A DNA stretch of 64,000 nucleotides from Parcubacteria bacterium C7867-006 (lineage in GTDB: Bacteria > Patescibacteriota > Minisyncoccia > Phycocordibacterales > DATDWN01). Of this stretch, positions 29,828 to 39,494 are shown piece after piece. Every line of letters starts with the position of its first letter. Within the stretch, counting starts at the first letter, position 1. The stretch lies in contig LFCP01000004.1 in NCBI GenBank assembly GCA_001189155.1, forward strand, positions 133,618 through 197,617, in the 5' to 3' direction. Below the pieces are notes generated by a model that had not been told where the DNA came from, ran no database searches, and saw only the letters and a list, made by a program, of their open reading frames with translations. The translations under genes were made by a program, and so were the position numbers.

Positions 29828-29929
29828 ATGCTCGAGATCCTTGGTAAATCAGTTCTCGCTCTGGTAGCGTTCTGGCCATTCTGGGTTACTCCACTGGCGA
29901 TAGTCTTCGCCTGCAGGCGAACTCAGTAG
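29828..29929 (+). CDS. 33-aa hydrophobic peptide MLEILGKSVLALVAFWPFWVTPLAIVFACRRTQ (GC-rich mini-cassette H)
   Basis: Perfect AGGAGG RBS 6 nt upstream; GC-clamp terminator directly downstream; single TM helix. Confidence 0.35.
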   Translation: MLEILGKSVLALVAFWPFWVTPLAIVFACRRTQ

Positions 29930-29948
29930 AACGACTCCACAGTTGTAT

Positions 29949-29984
29949 GCCCCGTGACCTACCTAGGCACGGGGCACCGTTTTG
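29949..29984 (+). terminator. Intrinsic terminator GCCCCGTG...CACGGGGC-accgTTTT
   Basis: Read directly. Confidence 0.55.
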
Positions 29985-30021
29985 CCTAAAGGTAAAAAAT
30001 CCTGTAGGATTGAACAAATAA

Positions 30022-30092
30022 GGGGGGTTAGTTAAGTGGTATAACTACGGTCTCCAAAACCGTCGTCGGGAGTCCGATTCTTCCACCCCCCG
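30022..30092 (+). tRNA. tRNA-Trp (anticodon CCA)
   Basis: Acceptor GGGGGGT/ACCCCCC, anticodon loop CTCCAAA, T-arm GGGAG-TCCGATT-CTTCC. Confidence 0.75.
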
Positions 30093-30107
30093 CATATTTT
30101 TATAAAA

Positions 30108-30136
30108 CAAAAAACCGCTTGTAGCGGTTTTTTGTT
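30108..30136. terminator. Bidirectional terminator (aaaaccgct tgt agcggtttttt)
   Basis: The hairpin lies between converging tRNA-Trp and rpmG. Confidence 0.55.
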
Positions 30137-30313
30137 TTATTTCTTCACAGCTTTTAACGGGAATTTAACCTCACCAAAAACAACTCTCTTTCGAAGTTTC
30201 TTGTCATACTTCTTTAGGGAAATCTTCCTTTCAACTTTCCTCTTGTTTTTTCCAGTGAAATAAACTGATCCAGTTTCTTTGTTTGATATTGGTATTAATC
30301 TGTCTTGTGACAT
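30137..30313 (-). CDS. rpmG: 50S ribosomal protein L33 (bL33); not in the ORF track
   Basis: 58 aa: MSQDRLIPISNKETGSVYFTGKNKRKVERKISLKKYDKKLRKRVVFGEVKFPLKAVKK fits the bL33 pattern (YxTxKNKR...LxLKKYDxxLRKxVxFxExK). Confidence 0.7.
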   Translation of the reverse strand: MSQDRLIPISNKETGSVYFTGKNKRKVERKISLKKYDKKLRKRVVFGEVKFPLKAVKK

Positions 30314-30419
30314 AGTTTTAATAAATTACCAGAAAAGAGACTAAAATGCAAGGTTTATAAAGTAAAAAGCCGTCCGAGTAAAAGTAACCTCGGACAGGCC
30401 TTTCACTCTTGGACAGACT

Positions 30420-30626
30420 TCAGAATTCGAAGATTGGACGCGGGATGAGGATCTGCTCTGTTCCAGCGACCCTCATAGAGATGTGCTTTTCACCACCACA
30501 GTGTCGAAAGACGACAACACCGCGAGTGTTGTCTGGGTCGTTCTGCACATAAACGACAGTGCAGTTGTTGACCTTGTCACCAACTTGAAGCGAGCTCCAC
30601 TGATCGCTGGACATCTCGTTAGACAT
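30420..30626 (-). CDS. Hypothetical protein (GC-rich cassette I, between tRNA-Tyr and rpmG)
   Basis: 68 aa starting MSNEMSSDQ; GGAGG RBS 5 nt upstream, a TTGACT box upstream and a GC hairpin terminator downstream (about 30340..30400). Confidence 0.4.
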   Translation of the reverse strand: MSNEMSSDQWSSLQVGDKVNNCTVVYVQNDPDNTRGVVVFRHCGGEKHISMRVAGTEQILIPRPIFEF

Positions 30627-30710
30627 CGCGGCCTCCAAAATTGTTCCAACTATTATGTTAGTTCTAAAAAAGTTACTAGTCAACAAAAATCCCCTTGCGG
30701 GGAATCTTTG

Positions 30711-30793
30711 TGCGTAGGGAGGGATTCGAACCCCCGTAGGCCGAAGCCGAGAGATTTACAGTCTCTTGTAATTGACCACTCTACCACCTACGC
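30711..30793 (-). tRNA. tRNA-Tyr (anticodon GTA)
   Basis: Acceptor GCGTAGG/CCTACGC, anticodon loop CTGTAAA, long variable arm, T-loop TTCGAAT. Confidence 0.75.
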
Positions 30794-31165
30794 AATCTTA
30801 TATTTAACGTATTTACTAGTCTCGATACTTATTTCATTTCTTGATTCTACTTCAGCCCATGGCAAATCATACATTTGCCCTTTTTGAGTAAAAATAAATA
30901 ACCTATCAAATGAATTTTTATCGTATTTCTTGGAATAACTGAAAGATTGATTTCCCCCTGTTATTCTGAGACCGACTTTACAGGTTTTGCTATTACTATA
31001 AAGTCCTGCGTATTTTACTTGAACTTTGGACAAAAGTCCATTTTTTTCAATTATCAAATCATAATCTCTTTTATCACCAATAGGCAAACACACTTCATAA
31101 CCAGAAGTTATATAATGTCTTATAGCATTACCAACTGCTATATCTCCTTTACTTTTGGTATTCAC
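30788..31165 (-). CDS. PD-(D/E)xK endonuclease family protein (PDDEXK_5 / group-I-intron-associated type)
   Basis: TKSKGDIAVGNAI...GYEVCLPIGDKRDYDLIIEKNG...KVQVK motif pattern; the stop overlaps the tRNA-Tyr 5' end by a few nt. Confidence 0.4.
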   Translation of the reverse strand: MNTKSKGDIAVGNAIRHYITSGYEVCLPIGDKRDYDLIIEKNGLLSKVQVKYAGLYSNSKTCKVGLRITGGNQSFSYSKKYDKNSFDRLFIFTQKGQMYDLPWAEVESRNEISIETSKYVKYKIA

Positions 31166-31200
31166 AACTAGATTATAACAGAGTATTAGTCTGTCATCAA

Positions 31201-33876
31201 TTAGGCCAATGCATTTTCGTTTACAAAACCATCAGTTACAAACGAGCCATTCTTTCCCTTCTTTACATTAAACACGAACTCACTACCCTTCATATCAACA
31301 GTAATAGAACCACCTTTTGATATTCCCTTACTTACCATAAGTGATGCAATAGGAGTCAAAATCTTTGACTGTATAAGTCTCTTTAGAGGTCTTGCACCGT
31401 ACTGTGGGTTATAACCTTCTTTAGATAGATGCTCCATAACAGAGTTTGAGAGAGTTAATTTTATTTCTTTCTGCTCAAGTCTTTCTTTAACAATATCAAC
31501 TTGGATTTTAACAATCTGGGCTATTGCTTCTTTACTCAAAATATCAAAAACAATAATATCATCTAACCTATTCAAAAACTCTGGTCGGAAGTGATCTTTC
31601 AGTGCCTCCATTACTTTTGATTTCGCTTCTTCATAGTTTGCCTTCTCTGTTCTTTCTGAAGCAAAACCAATTTTCTCCATTTTATCTATATACCTAGCAC
31701 CAATGTTTGATGTCAGAATGATTACAGTATTTCTGAAATTAACAACTCTACCCTTACTATCTGTAAGTTTACCGTTATCTAGAACTTGTAGAAGAATATT
31801 GAAAACTTCTGGATGAGCTTTTTCTATCTCATCAAAAAGAATAACTGAATATGGTCTATGTCGAACCATCTCTGTTAGATTTCCACCTTCTTCATGACCA
31901 ACATATCCTGGAGGAGCACCGATAATTTTTGAAACACTGTGTTTCTCCATAAACTCTGACATATCAACTCTTATAAGAGCCTTGTCGTCATCAAACAAAA
32001 ACTGCGCTAGAGCTTTTGTTAACTCTGTTTTTCCAACTCCAGTTGGACCTAGGAACAAGAATGAGCCAATAGGTCTGTTTGGGTCTGAAATACCAGCACG
32101 ACTTCTTTTGATTGTATCTGATATTTTCTGAACAGCCTCTTCTTGTCCAACAATTCTGTTTTTCAAAACCTCATCCATTCTATTTAGTTTATCTGCCTCC
32201 TCCTCAAGCATCCGGCTAACAGGAATACCTGTCCATTTTGAAACAATGGTTGCAATATCATTTTCTGTAATTTCTTCTTTCAAAATTCTTCTTGAACTCT
32301 GAAGCTTCTTTAATCTTTTTGATTTTGTATCCAAATCTTTTTCTAGACCTGGAATTTTTCCATAACGTATTTCGGCTGCACGAGAAAGATCTGCTCTAGC
32401 TTCTGCAGTCTCTGCTTCTCGTCTCAATTCCTCTAGTTGTTTTTTAATAGCTTTAATATCTGATACAGTCTCTTTCTCATTGTTCCATTTAAGTTCTATT
32501 TCAGATATTTCTTCCTTCAAATCTGCAATTTCTTTTTCAATCTCTTTAAATCTAGCTTTTGATTTAGGATCAGTCTCTTTTTTTAGAGCCTCATGTTCTA
32601 TTTGTAGTTTAACTATTTTTGAGTGAGCAGTCTGAAGAACTGGAGGTTTGTTCTCCATTGCAATTTTCAAATATGAAGCAGACTCATCAATAAGATCTAC
32701 AGCCTTATCAGGAAGAAATCTATCAGAAATATATCTCGAACTTAGATTTACAGCAGCGACAATAGCCTCATCGGTTATGTGAACACCATGATAAAGCTCA
32801 TATTTTTCTTTTAGTCCTCTCAAAATAGTGATGGCGTCATCAATACTTGGCTCATTAACATAAACAGGTTGGAATCTTCTAGTTAAAGCGGGATCTTTTT
32901 CAATATGTTTTTGGTATTCTTTCAAAGTCGTTGCACCAATAGCTCGAAGTTCCCCCCTAGCGAGAGCTGGCTTTAACATATTTGATGCATCTAGAGATCC
33001 TTCTGCTGATCCAGCCCCAACAATAGTATGAATTTCATCGACAAAAAGAATTATTTTCCCATCAGATCTTTCTATTTCTTTTAGTATGTTCTTCAATCTC
33101 TCTTCAAACTCACCTCTGTATTTTGTTCCTGCAATAAGTAATCCTAAATCCAAAGAAACAAGCTCTTTGTCGCGCAATGACTCTGGAACTTCTCCCATAG
33201 ACATTCTGATAGCTAGACCTTCTACAATAGCTGTTTTTCCAACTCCAGCCTCACCAATAAGAATAGGATTGTTTTTTGTTCGTCGAGAAAGAATTTGAAC
33301 TATTCGTCCGATTTCGTCATCGCGTCCAATAACAGGGTCTAGTTTATTTAACTGAGCCAGTTTTGTTAAACTTCTTGTGTATTTTGATAGAGCTTTAAAC
33401 TTTTTTGGACTATCAGTCTCAACTGTTTTTGTTTTTCTGATATCTTCAATAACTCTCAAAACAGTATCTTTATCAATTTTAAATTTCTTTAATAAATCTT
33501 TTGCTACACTCGGAACCTCAGTTAAGGCTAGGAAAAGATGTTCTGTTGAAACAAACTCGTCATTCAAAATAGATGTTTGCTTACCTGAGTTCTCTATTGT
33601 TTGTGCTAACTCTGGAGTTAGATATATCTGGTATGAAGCAGACAAAGTCTGACCAGGATCACTACCCTCGATACCCTCAAGAAGAGAGTCTGTCATAAGA
33701 ATTGTATCAACCTCTAATTTTTCTAAAATAGAATTAACCACACTCTCCTCCTGTAGAATAAGAGCTGTTAGAAGATGAAGTGGATTAACGTGATTCTGAC
33801 CACGTTCAATAGCTAGCTCATGAGCCTTTCGTATTGCTTCCTTTGCTTTAGTTGTAAAGTTATTAAATGGTTGCAT
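31201..33876 (-). CDS. clpB: ATP-dependent chaperone ClpB
   Basis: Two AAA+ modules ([11 protein letters not shown] and [14 protein letters not shown]) and a middle coiled coil. Confidence 0.9.
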   Translation of the reverse strand: MQPFNNFTTKAKEAIRKAHELAIERGQNHVNPLHLLTALILQEESVVNSILEKLEVDTILMTDSLLEGIEGSDPGQTLSASYQIYLTPELAQTIENSGKQTSILNDEFVSTEHLFLALTEVPSVAKDLLKKFKIDKDTVLRVIEDIRKTKTVETDSPKKFKALSKYTRSLTKLAQLNKLDPVIGRDDEIGRIVQILSRRTKNNPILIGEAGVGKTAIVEGLAIRMSMGEVPESLRDKELVSLDLGLLIAGTKYRGEFEERLKNILKEIERSDGKIILFVDEIHTIVGAGSAEGSLDASNMLKPALARGELRAIGATTLKEYQKHIEKDPALTRRFQPVYVNEPSIDDAITILRGLKEKYELYHGVHITDEAIVAAVNLSSRYISDRFLPDKAVDLIDESASYLKIAMENKPPVLQTAHSKIVKLQIEHEALKKETDPKSKARFKEIEKEIADLKEEISEIELKWNNEKETVSDIKAIKKQLEELRREAETAEARADLSRAAEIRYGKIPGLEKDLDTKSKRLKKLQSSRRILKEEITENDIATIVSKWTGIPVSRMLEEEADKLNRMDEVLKNRIVGQEEAVQKISDTIKRSRAGISDPNRPIGSFLFLGPTGVGKTELTKALAQFLFDDDKALIRVDMSEFMEKHSVSKIIGAPPGYVGHEEGGNLTEMVRHRPYSVILFDEIEKAHPEVFNILLQVLDNGKLTDSKGRVVNFRNTVIILTSNIGARYIDKMEKIGFASERTEKANYEEAKSKVMEALKDHFRPEFLNRLDDIIVFDILSKEAIAQIVKIQVDIVKERLEQKEIKLTLSNSVMEHLSKEGYNPQYGARPLKRLIQSKILTPIASLMVSKGISKGGSITVDMKGSEFVFNVKKGKNGSFVTDGFVNENALA

Positions 33877-33941
33877 AAATATGCTTATTTTGGCCTATTA
33901 TATTACATTTTTGGCTAAAGTCAATGTAACCTAAATCAGAA

Positions 33942-34784
33942 TTATTGAGCTTTTGAAGCCTCATTTAGAGTAGAAAGTTCCTTCTTCAAAATCGATACTG
34001 GGACGAAAACTTTTGACGCATCAGATGATAGTTTAAAACCAATTACATCTCCAGAGAGGTTGAAGGCTGGACTTCCATCTACCAAATCTTTTATAGAAAT
34101 ATCTGTATTAATTCCTGATAGATACTTTATAGTACTTGTTCCAACGCCGGATTCTTTCATATCTAAAGATATTACTCTACCAACAGCAATTGCATTTGTG
34201 TCATTACCACCCAAAGCAATAATTGTTTGTCCCAGTTTAGGATCTGAATCTCCCAGAACAGCTGGTGAAAACGGGTAAGATGTTTTATCTGTTACTTTTT
34301 CTCCTTGATTAGCTTTAAATAATATAAAATTTGTTTGTTTATCTACTCCCATAGGAATAAGAGGAAATTCTTTACCGTCACTCATTGTAACAGTATAAAC
34401 ATTACCAGCTGGGAGATATTTCCTATCAGCTGCGATAACACCGTCTTTTGTCAGAACCAAACCTATACCGTAAAAACTAACTGTACCAACATTTCCATCT
34501 TTTTCTTTTATTCTCACAATACTTTTTAGGTTTTTATTTATTGAATCAACAATCAAATCCTCTTCTTTAACAACAACAGTTGTGACCTCTTTCTGTCCAG
34601 ATGTTGTAACAGCCGCAGGAGTAACTGTCTCAATAGTTTTTTCTACAATTCTATTTATGTTTCTTGTTACTTCAATAGGAGTCTCTTGCAAAAGAGAAGT
34701 TGTCATAATTCCAGTAGCAATAGATGTAACAAAGCTAATAAGTAGAGTCAAAAGAATGATTTGATTTTTATTTAGATCTTCCAT
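33942..34784 (-). CDS. Trypsin-like (S1/HtrA-like) peptidase domain protein, membrane-anchored
   Basis: N-terminal TM plus a chymotrypsin-fold-like region; the catalytic Ser motif looks degenerate (VDGSPAF). Confidence 0.45.
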   Translation of the reverse strand: MEDLNKNQIILLTLLISFVTSIATGIMTTSLLQETPIEVTRNINRIVEKTIETVTPAAVTTSGQKEVTTVVVKEEDLIVDSINKNLKSIVRIKEKDGNVGTVSFYGIGLVLTKDGVIAADRKYLPAGNVYTVTMSDGKEFPLIPMGVDKQTNFILFKANQGEKVTDKTSYPFSPAVLGDSDPKLGQTIIALGGNDTNAIAVGRVISLDMKESGVGTSTIKYLSGINTDISIKDLVDGSPAFNLSGDVIGFKLSSDASKVFVPVSILKKELSTLNEASKAQ

Positions 34785-34811
34785 TTGTGATTATAATAAC
34801 ATAACTAATTA

Positions 34812-35993
34812 TTATTTGATAACTTTCTTCAACACTTTTATTAAATAATCTATATCTGATTTTTTAGTTCCCCGACCCATAGTAAATCTTAAACTTGATA
34901 GGCTACAATTCTCTTTACCTATATTGGATATAACGTAAGAAGATGAATCTTCTTTCAAAGTTCGACAAGAAGAAGAATACGATGCACACACACCATTAAC
35001 ATCCAGAGATATAACAGAGAACTCAGCGTCCAATCCATGGAAACAAATGTTTAAATTATTAGGTAATCTATTTTTGTGAGAGCCATTTAGTGAGGCTTTT
35101 GGGAAAATCTCTAAAATATTTTTTATCCCGTAATCACGAATTAATTCTAATCTTTTGCTTTCTCTTTCCCTTTCTGAAGTCACTATCTCGAGAGCTTTTG
35201 CTAATCCCACAACATTAGAAATATTTTCTGTACCACTTCGCAGACCCTTCTCCTGACCGCCACCAAAAACTATTGGTTTTATTTTTACATCACCTCTAAC
35301 ATATAGAAATCCAGAACCTCTTGGGCCGTAAATTTTTATTCCATCAACAGTCATCAAATCCACTCCGAGTCTTAAAACATTCATATCCAAATATGATGGT
35401 GCCTGACAAGCATCTGTATGGAAATAAGGCAGTATAGTATTTTTACTTTTTCTAAACTCCCTTATAACTTTTGAAATCTCGTTTATAGGTTGTATTGTTC
35501 CTATCTCGTTGTTTGCGTACATGACAGAAACTAAAACAGTATTCTCTCTCAAAACTTCTTTAATTGATTTTGGAGAAACTATTCCATCTTCACCAACCGG
35601 AACAATAGTTACTTCACCACCCCTATTTTCTATTTCTTTAAAAACTTCCAAAACAGCAGGGTGCTCTATCGTTGTAGTTACAAAATGCTGAGTAAATCCA
35701 TTTTTTCTATTAGCTTCAAACACTCCCAATATAGCCAGGTTGTTACTCTCTGTTCCCCCACTAGTAAAAACAATATCCTCTTTCTGTGAACTAATTATGT
35801 TTGCTATCTTTTTTCTTGCAGAAGACAACTCTTCCTTTGCTAAAATAGACTCAGAATACAGAGCTGATGGGTTAAAATATAGACTTGTCTTTTTTTTATT
35901 TATCTCAAACTCCACTTCTTTTAAAATTGGTGTCGTTGATGCATAATCCAAAAAAACTCGTTTTTTAGGCAAAAAATTACTTAAAAATGTCAT
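34812..35993 (-). CDS. Cysteine desulfurase (class V aminotransferase, NifS/IscS-like)
   Basis: PLP-lysine region and FTSGGTESNN; start chosen at MTFLSNFLPKK. Confidence 0.75.
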   Translation of the reverse strand: MTFLSNFLPKKRVFLDYASTTPILKEVEFEINKKKTSLYFNPSALYSESILAKEELSSARKKIANIISSQKEDIVFTSGGTESNNLAILGVFEANRKNGFTQHFVTTTIEHPAVLEVFKEIENRGGEVTIVPVGEDGIVSPKSIKEVLRENTVLVSVMYANNEIGTIQPINEISKVIREFRKSKNTILPYFHTDACQAPSYLDMNVLRLGVDLMTVDGIKIYGPRGSGFLYVRGDVKIKPIVFGGGQEKGLRSGTENISNVVGLAKALEIVTSERERESKRLELIRDYGIKNILEIFPKASLNGSHKNRLPNNLNICFHGLDAEFSVISLDVNGVCASYSSSCRTLKEDSSSYVISNIGKENCSLSSLRFTMGRGTKKSDIDYLIKVLKKVIK

Positions 35994-36049
35994 AACTTTA
36001 TAATACAGAGTCTTTTGCAAAATACAACAAAATGTAGTATAGTTGCGAA

Positions 36050-36520
36050 ATGATTTTTGATCCATTATATATCACATACGGTCTAATAGCCCTAGTAGTG
36101 ATACTTGTTGGATGGAATCTGAGACTAGAGATAAAAATCAAAAAACTCCTTATCGGAAAGGATGCGAAATCGTTAGAGGACTCTATTGTAAGTGCAAAAG
36201 ATAATCTAGAGAAACTTAATACTTTCCAAAAGGAATCTTCTTTGTACTTTAGAAATATTGAAAAGAGACTCAATCGAAGCCTACAGTCAGTAGAAACTAT
36301 AAGATTTAACCCCTTCAAAGGCACTGGTGATGGAGGTAACCAAAGCTTTTCAACATCTTTTCTTTCAGAAAATGGTGATGGAGTAGTAATATCGAGCCTC
36401 TATTCTAGAGACAGAGTTAGCGTATTTTCAAAACCATTGAACAAGTTTGAAAGTAGTTTTGAACTTACAGAAGAAGAAAAAGAAGTCATAAAAAATTCGA
36501 AATCTCAACTTTCACAATAA
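36050..36520 (+). CDS. DUF4446-like protein
   Basis: N-terminal TM; RFNPFKGTGDGGNQSFS...GDGVVISSLYSRDRV pattern. Confidence 0.45.
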   Translation: MIFDPLYITYGLIALVVILVGWNLRLEIKIKKLLIGKDAKSLEDSIVSAKDNLEKLNTFQKESSLYFRNIEKRLNRSLQSVETIRFNPFKGTGDGGNQSFSTSFLSENGDGVVISSLYSRDRVSVFSKPLNKFESSFELTEEEKEVIKNSKSQLSQ

Positions 36521-36558
36521 AACTAAAGCTCAGTTTATGAACTTAATCATTTACTACC

Positions 36559-38085
36559 ATGCAAACAACAAAAACAATAGAAGCGAAAGCTACGGTAGAA
36601 CGATCACCTGTGGTAGCAATAATGGGTCACATAGACCATGGTAAGTCCACTCTCCTTTCATATATAAGAAAAAGTAAAGAACCTCTCAACGAAGCTGGCG
36701 GAATCACTCAGCATATTTCTGCATACGAAGTTGAACACGAAACAAAAGAAGGTAAAAAACAAACCATTACTTTTATAGATACACCGGGACACGAGGCTTT
36801 TGGTGGTATTAGAAAAAGAGGGGCTTCTGTTGCAGATGTGGCTGTTTTGGTTGTTTCTGCTGAAGATGGAGTAAAACCTCAAACCATAGAAGCTCTAAAC
36901 TCAATAAAAGACAGTCACACTCCATATGTTGTTGCTATAAATAAAATAGATAAACCAGAAGCAAACATAGATAGAACAAAACAAAGTCTAGCTGAAAATG
37001 AAATCTATGTGGAAGGTTGGGGTGGAGATATTCCTGTTGTTGCTTTGTCAGCAAAAACAGGAGAAGGAGTTCCAGAACTTCTAGATATGATAATTCTAGT
37101 TGCAGAACTAGAAAATCTAACTGGAGACAGAAACACTCTAGCAGAGGGTATTGTTATAGAGAGCAACAGAGATACAAAAAAAGGTATTACGGCAACTTGT
37201 ATAATAAAAAATGGATCAATGGAAAAAGGTATGTTTATTGTCAGTGGAGTTGCTATTGCCCCAGTCAGAATAATGGAAAACTATCTTGGAAAACAGATAG
37301 ACAAAGCTTCTTTCTCTAGCCCAATAAGAATTATCGGCTGGGATGAACTACCTATTGTGGGAAATAGATTCCAAGTTTTTGACGACAGAAACAAAGCAAG
37401 GGAAGCTGTTGAAGCAGAAAAAGAAAAAATCGCAAATAAAAAATCTGCAGAAAATAGTCCTGAAAACTTTAGTAATGAAATAATCATAATACCTGTTTTG
37501 GTTAAAGCAGATACAGGAAGTAGTCTTGAAGCTGCAATAAATCAAATCAAAAAACTGGGTACTGAAACAGTAAAACCTCAAGTTGTTGCCTCTGGTATTG
37601 GAACCATATCAGAAAATGATATTCGACTAGCGAGTGGAACAGAGAAAGCTGTAATCATAGGCTTTAATGTAAAAGTAGACTCCCCTGCAAAAAACCTTGC
37701 AGAAAGAAGCGAAATAGAAATAAAGACTTTTGATATTATCTACAAAATGACAGAGTGGTTAGAAGAATTAATAAAAACAAAAACTCCAAAAATAAAAGTA
37801 GAAGAAATCACTGGTAGAGCAAAAGTACTAAAAGTATTTAGTAAATTAAAAGATAAACAAATTCTTGGTGGAAGAGTCGAAACAGGAAAAATAACTCTCG
37901 GATCACAAGTAAAAATAAAAAGGCGAGATTCTGAAATAGGTGAAGGAAAAGTTAGAGAACTTCAGCAACAAAAAAATGCTACTGAAGAAGTCCGTGAAGG
38001 AAGTGAATTTGGAGCGATGATTGTCTCAAATATAGAGATAGCTCCTGGAGACCACATAGAATGCATAATAGTAACAGAACAATAA
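36559..38085 (+). CDS. infB: Translation initiation factor IF-2 (short form)
   Basis: G-domain GHIDHGKST...DTPGH...NKID. Confidence 0.85.
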   Translation: MQTTKTIEAKATVERSPVVAIMGHIDHGKSTLLSYIRKSKEPLNEAGGITQHISAYEVEHETKEGKKQTITFIDTPGHEAFGGIRKRGASVADVAVLVVSAEDGVKPQTIEALNSIKDSHTPYVVAINKIDKPEANIDRTKQSLAENEIYVEGWGGDIPVVALSAKTGEGVPELLDMIILVAELENLTGDRNTLAEGIVIESNRDTKKGITATCIIKNGSMEKGMFIVSGVAIAPVRIMENYLGKQIDKASFSSPIRIIGWDELPIVGNRFQVFDDRNKAREAVEAEKEKIANKKSAENSPENFSNEIIIIPVLVKADTGSSLEAAINQIKKLGTETVKPQVVASGIGTISENDIRLASGTEKAVIIGFNVKVDSPAKNLAERSEIEIKTFDIIYKMTEWLEELIKTKTPKIKVEEITGRAKVLKVFSKLKDKQILGGRVETGKITLGSQVKIKRRDSEIGEGKVRELQQQKNATEEVREGSEFGAMIVSNIEIAPGDHIECIIVTEQ

Positions 38086-38086
38086 T

Positions 38087-38416
38087 ATGAGCACACGAGA
38101 TGATAGAATAAAAGAAATATTAAGAGACTTGGGAGCACGTTTTTTGCTTATAAATGGAAATGGTTCATCACTTATTACTGTTACAAATGTAGAATTAACA
38201 AGTCGTGGTAAAAATGCTACTATCTTCTTTACAGTCTTTCCAGTTGAATTTGAAAAGACCGCACTTGAGTTCGCAAAGAGAAAACGTAGTGAATTCAAGG
38301 AGTTTGTAATGGATAATTCAAAATTAGGTCGTATTCCTCAACTTGATTTTGAAATAGATACAGGAGAAAAAAATAGACAAAAAATTGACTCTCTCCTTGG
38401 TCAGCAAATAAAATAA
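38087..38416 (+). CDS. rbfA: Ribosome-binding factor A
   Basis: Small KH-like protein directly after infB. Confidence 0.7.
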   Translation: MSTRDDRIKEILRDLGARFLLINGNGSSLITVTNVELTSRGKNATIFFTVFPVEFEKTALEFAKRKRSEFKEFVMDNSKLGRIPQLDFEIDTGEKNRQKIDSLLGQQIK

Positions 38417-38488
38417 GGCGTAGTGGCCAAGTGGTAAGGCAAAGATCTGCAAAATCTTTATACGGCGGTTCGATTCCGCCCTACGCCT
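38417..38488 (+). tRNA. tRNA-Cys (anticodon GCA)
   Basis: Acceptor GGCGTAG/CTACGCC, anticodon loop CTGCAAA, T-loop TTCGATT. Confidence 0.75.
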
Positions 38489-38549
38489 CCCGAAAAAAGC
38501 AAAGCTTTTTAGCGGAATTGGGCCAATTTAGGTCATTCAAATAAATATT

Positions 38550-38634
38550 GCCCGGATGGCGGAACTGGTATACGCGCACGACTTAAAATCGTGTCTCGAA
38601 AGGGATGTGGGTTCGATTCCCACTCTGGGCACCA
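38550..38634 (+). tRNA. tRNA-Leu (anticodon TAA), CCA encoded
   Basis: Acceptor GCCCGGA/TCTGGGC, anticodon loop CTTAAAA, long variable arm. Confidence 0.8.
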
Positions 38635-38761
38635 GAAGAAAAACGGAGTTTTTTGAGTGGGAATCGAACAGATTTCCGGTTTACAAATTCAATAGAATTT
38701 GTCGGAAATTTGCGTTTTTAATTTTATTGAGTGGCGACGAAATAAAATTAAAAAAGATTAC

Positions 38762-38775
38762 CCCACTCTGGGCAC
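38762..38775. repeat. Direct repeat of the tRNA-Leu(TAA) 3' end (cccactctgggcac)
   Basis: Matches 38619..38632. It is embedded in a 21-bp perfect hairpin CTCTGGGCACAATAAAACTCC/GGAGTTTTATTGTGCCCAGAG. Confidence 0.55.
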
Positions 38776-38839
38776 AATAAAACTCCGTAAGGAGTTTTAT
38801 TGTGCCCAGAGAGTAAAGCTATGTTATAATTTTACGTTT

Positions 38840-38925
38840 GGAATCGAAGCCCGATTGAGATTTTTTATGATTTTAAGAAACAAAAAATCCAATTAGGGTA
38901 CTGATCCTGTAAGGATCGAATACCC
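38840..38925 (+). repeat. tRNA-linked structured repeat, copy E2
   Basis: Same architecture as E1 and E3; contains the exact 24-mer gggtactgatcctgtaaggatcga (38896..38919), which is also present at 39299..39322. Confidence 0.5.
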
Positions 38926-38933
38926 AAACTTTG

Positions 38934-39006
38934 TGCACCCACCAGGGATCGAACCTGGGACCTTATCCTTAAGAGGGATCTGCTCTACCAGCTGAGCTAT
39001 AGGTGC
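38934..39006 (-). tRNA. tRNA-Lys (anticodon CTT)
   Basis: Acceptor GCACCTA/TGGGTGC (one G-U pair), D-arm GCTC/GAGC, anticodon loop CTCTTAA, T-loop TTCGATC. Confidence 0.7.
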
Positions 39007-39084
39007 AATTCGTACATATTACCTGATATTTATGGTAATTTCAATATTTTTAAGAATATGTTATAGTTCTCGTGTGATAAATAC

Positions 39085-39166
39085 GGGCAAGTGGCGGAAT
39101 TGGTATACGCGCTAGTCTTAGGAACTAGTTCCTCACGGATTGGGAGTTCGAGTCTCCCCTTGCCCA
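39085..39166 (+). tRNA. tRNA-Leu (anticodon TAG)
   Basis: Acceptor GGGCAAG/CTTGCCC, anticodon loop CTTAGGA, long variable arm. Confidence 0.8.
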
Positions 39167-39232
39167 CAAACAACAAACACCGAAAGGTGTTTTTGTTTTG
39201 GGACAAGGAGAAAAGTCTGGGAGACTTTTCGT

Positions 39233-39327
39233 GGAGACTCGAAGCCTGTTTGAGATATTTTGGGAGTTATGAAATTACGAACAAAAATATCCAAACATGG
39301 GTACTGATCCTGTAAGGATCGAGTCTC
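39233..39327 (+). repeat. tRNA-linked structured repeat, copy E3 (outer stem GGAGACTCGA/TCGAGTCTC)
   Basis: It is followed by two partial direct copies of the tRNA-Leu(TAG) 3' end at 39398..39411 and 39426..39440. Confidence 0.5.
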
Positions 39328-39494
39328 TAATGAAAATTTTGAGTCGCGGACGAGTCTCCTAAAAATGGAACTCATGTACAGAAACTGTAAGTTTCGAGAT
39401 TCTCCCCTTGCTAATTATTCCTGACCGAGTCTCCCCTTACCCCCCCACTTGACAGATACCACATAATGTATTACTGTACAACGCAGGAGCACCT

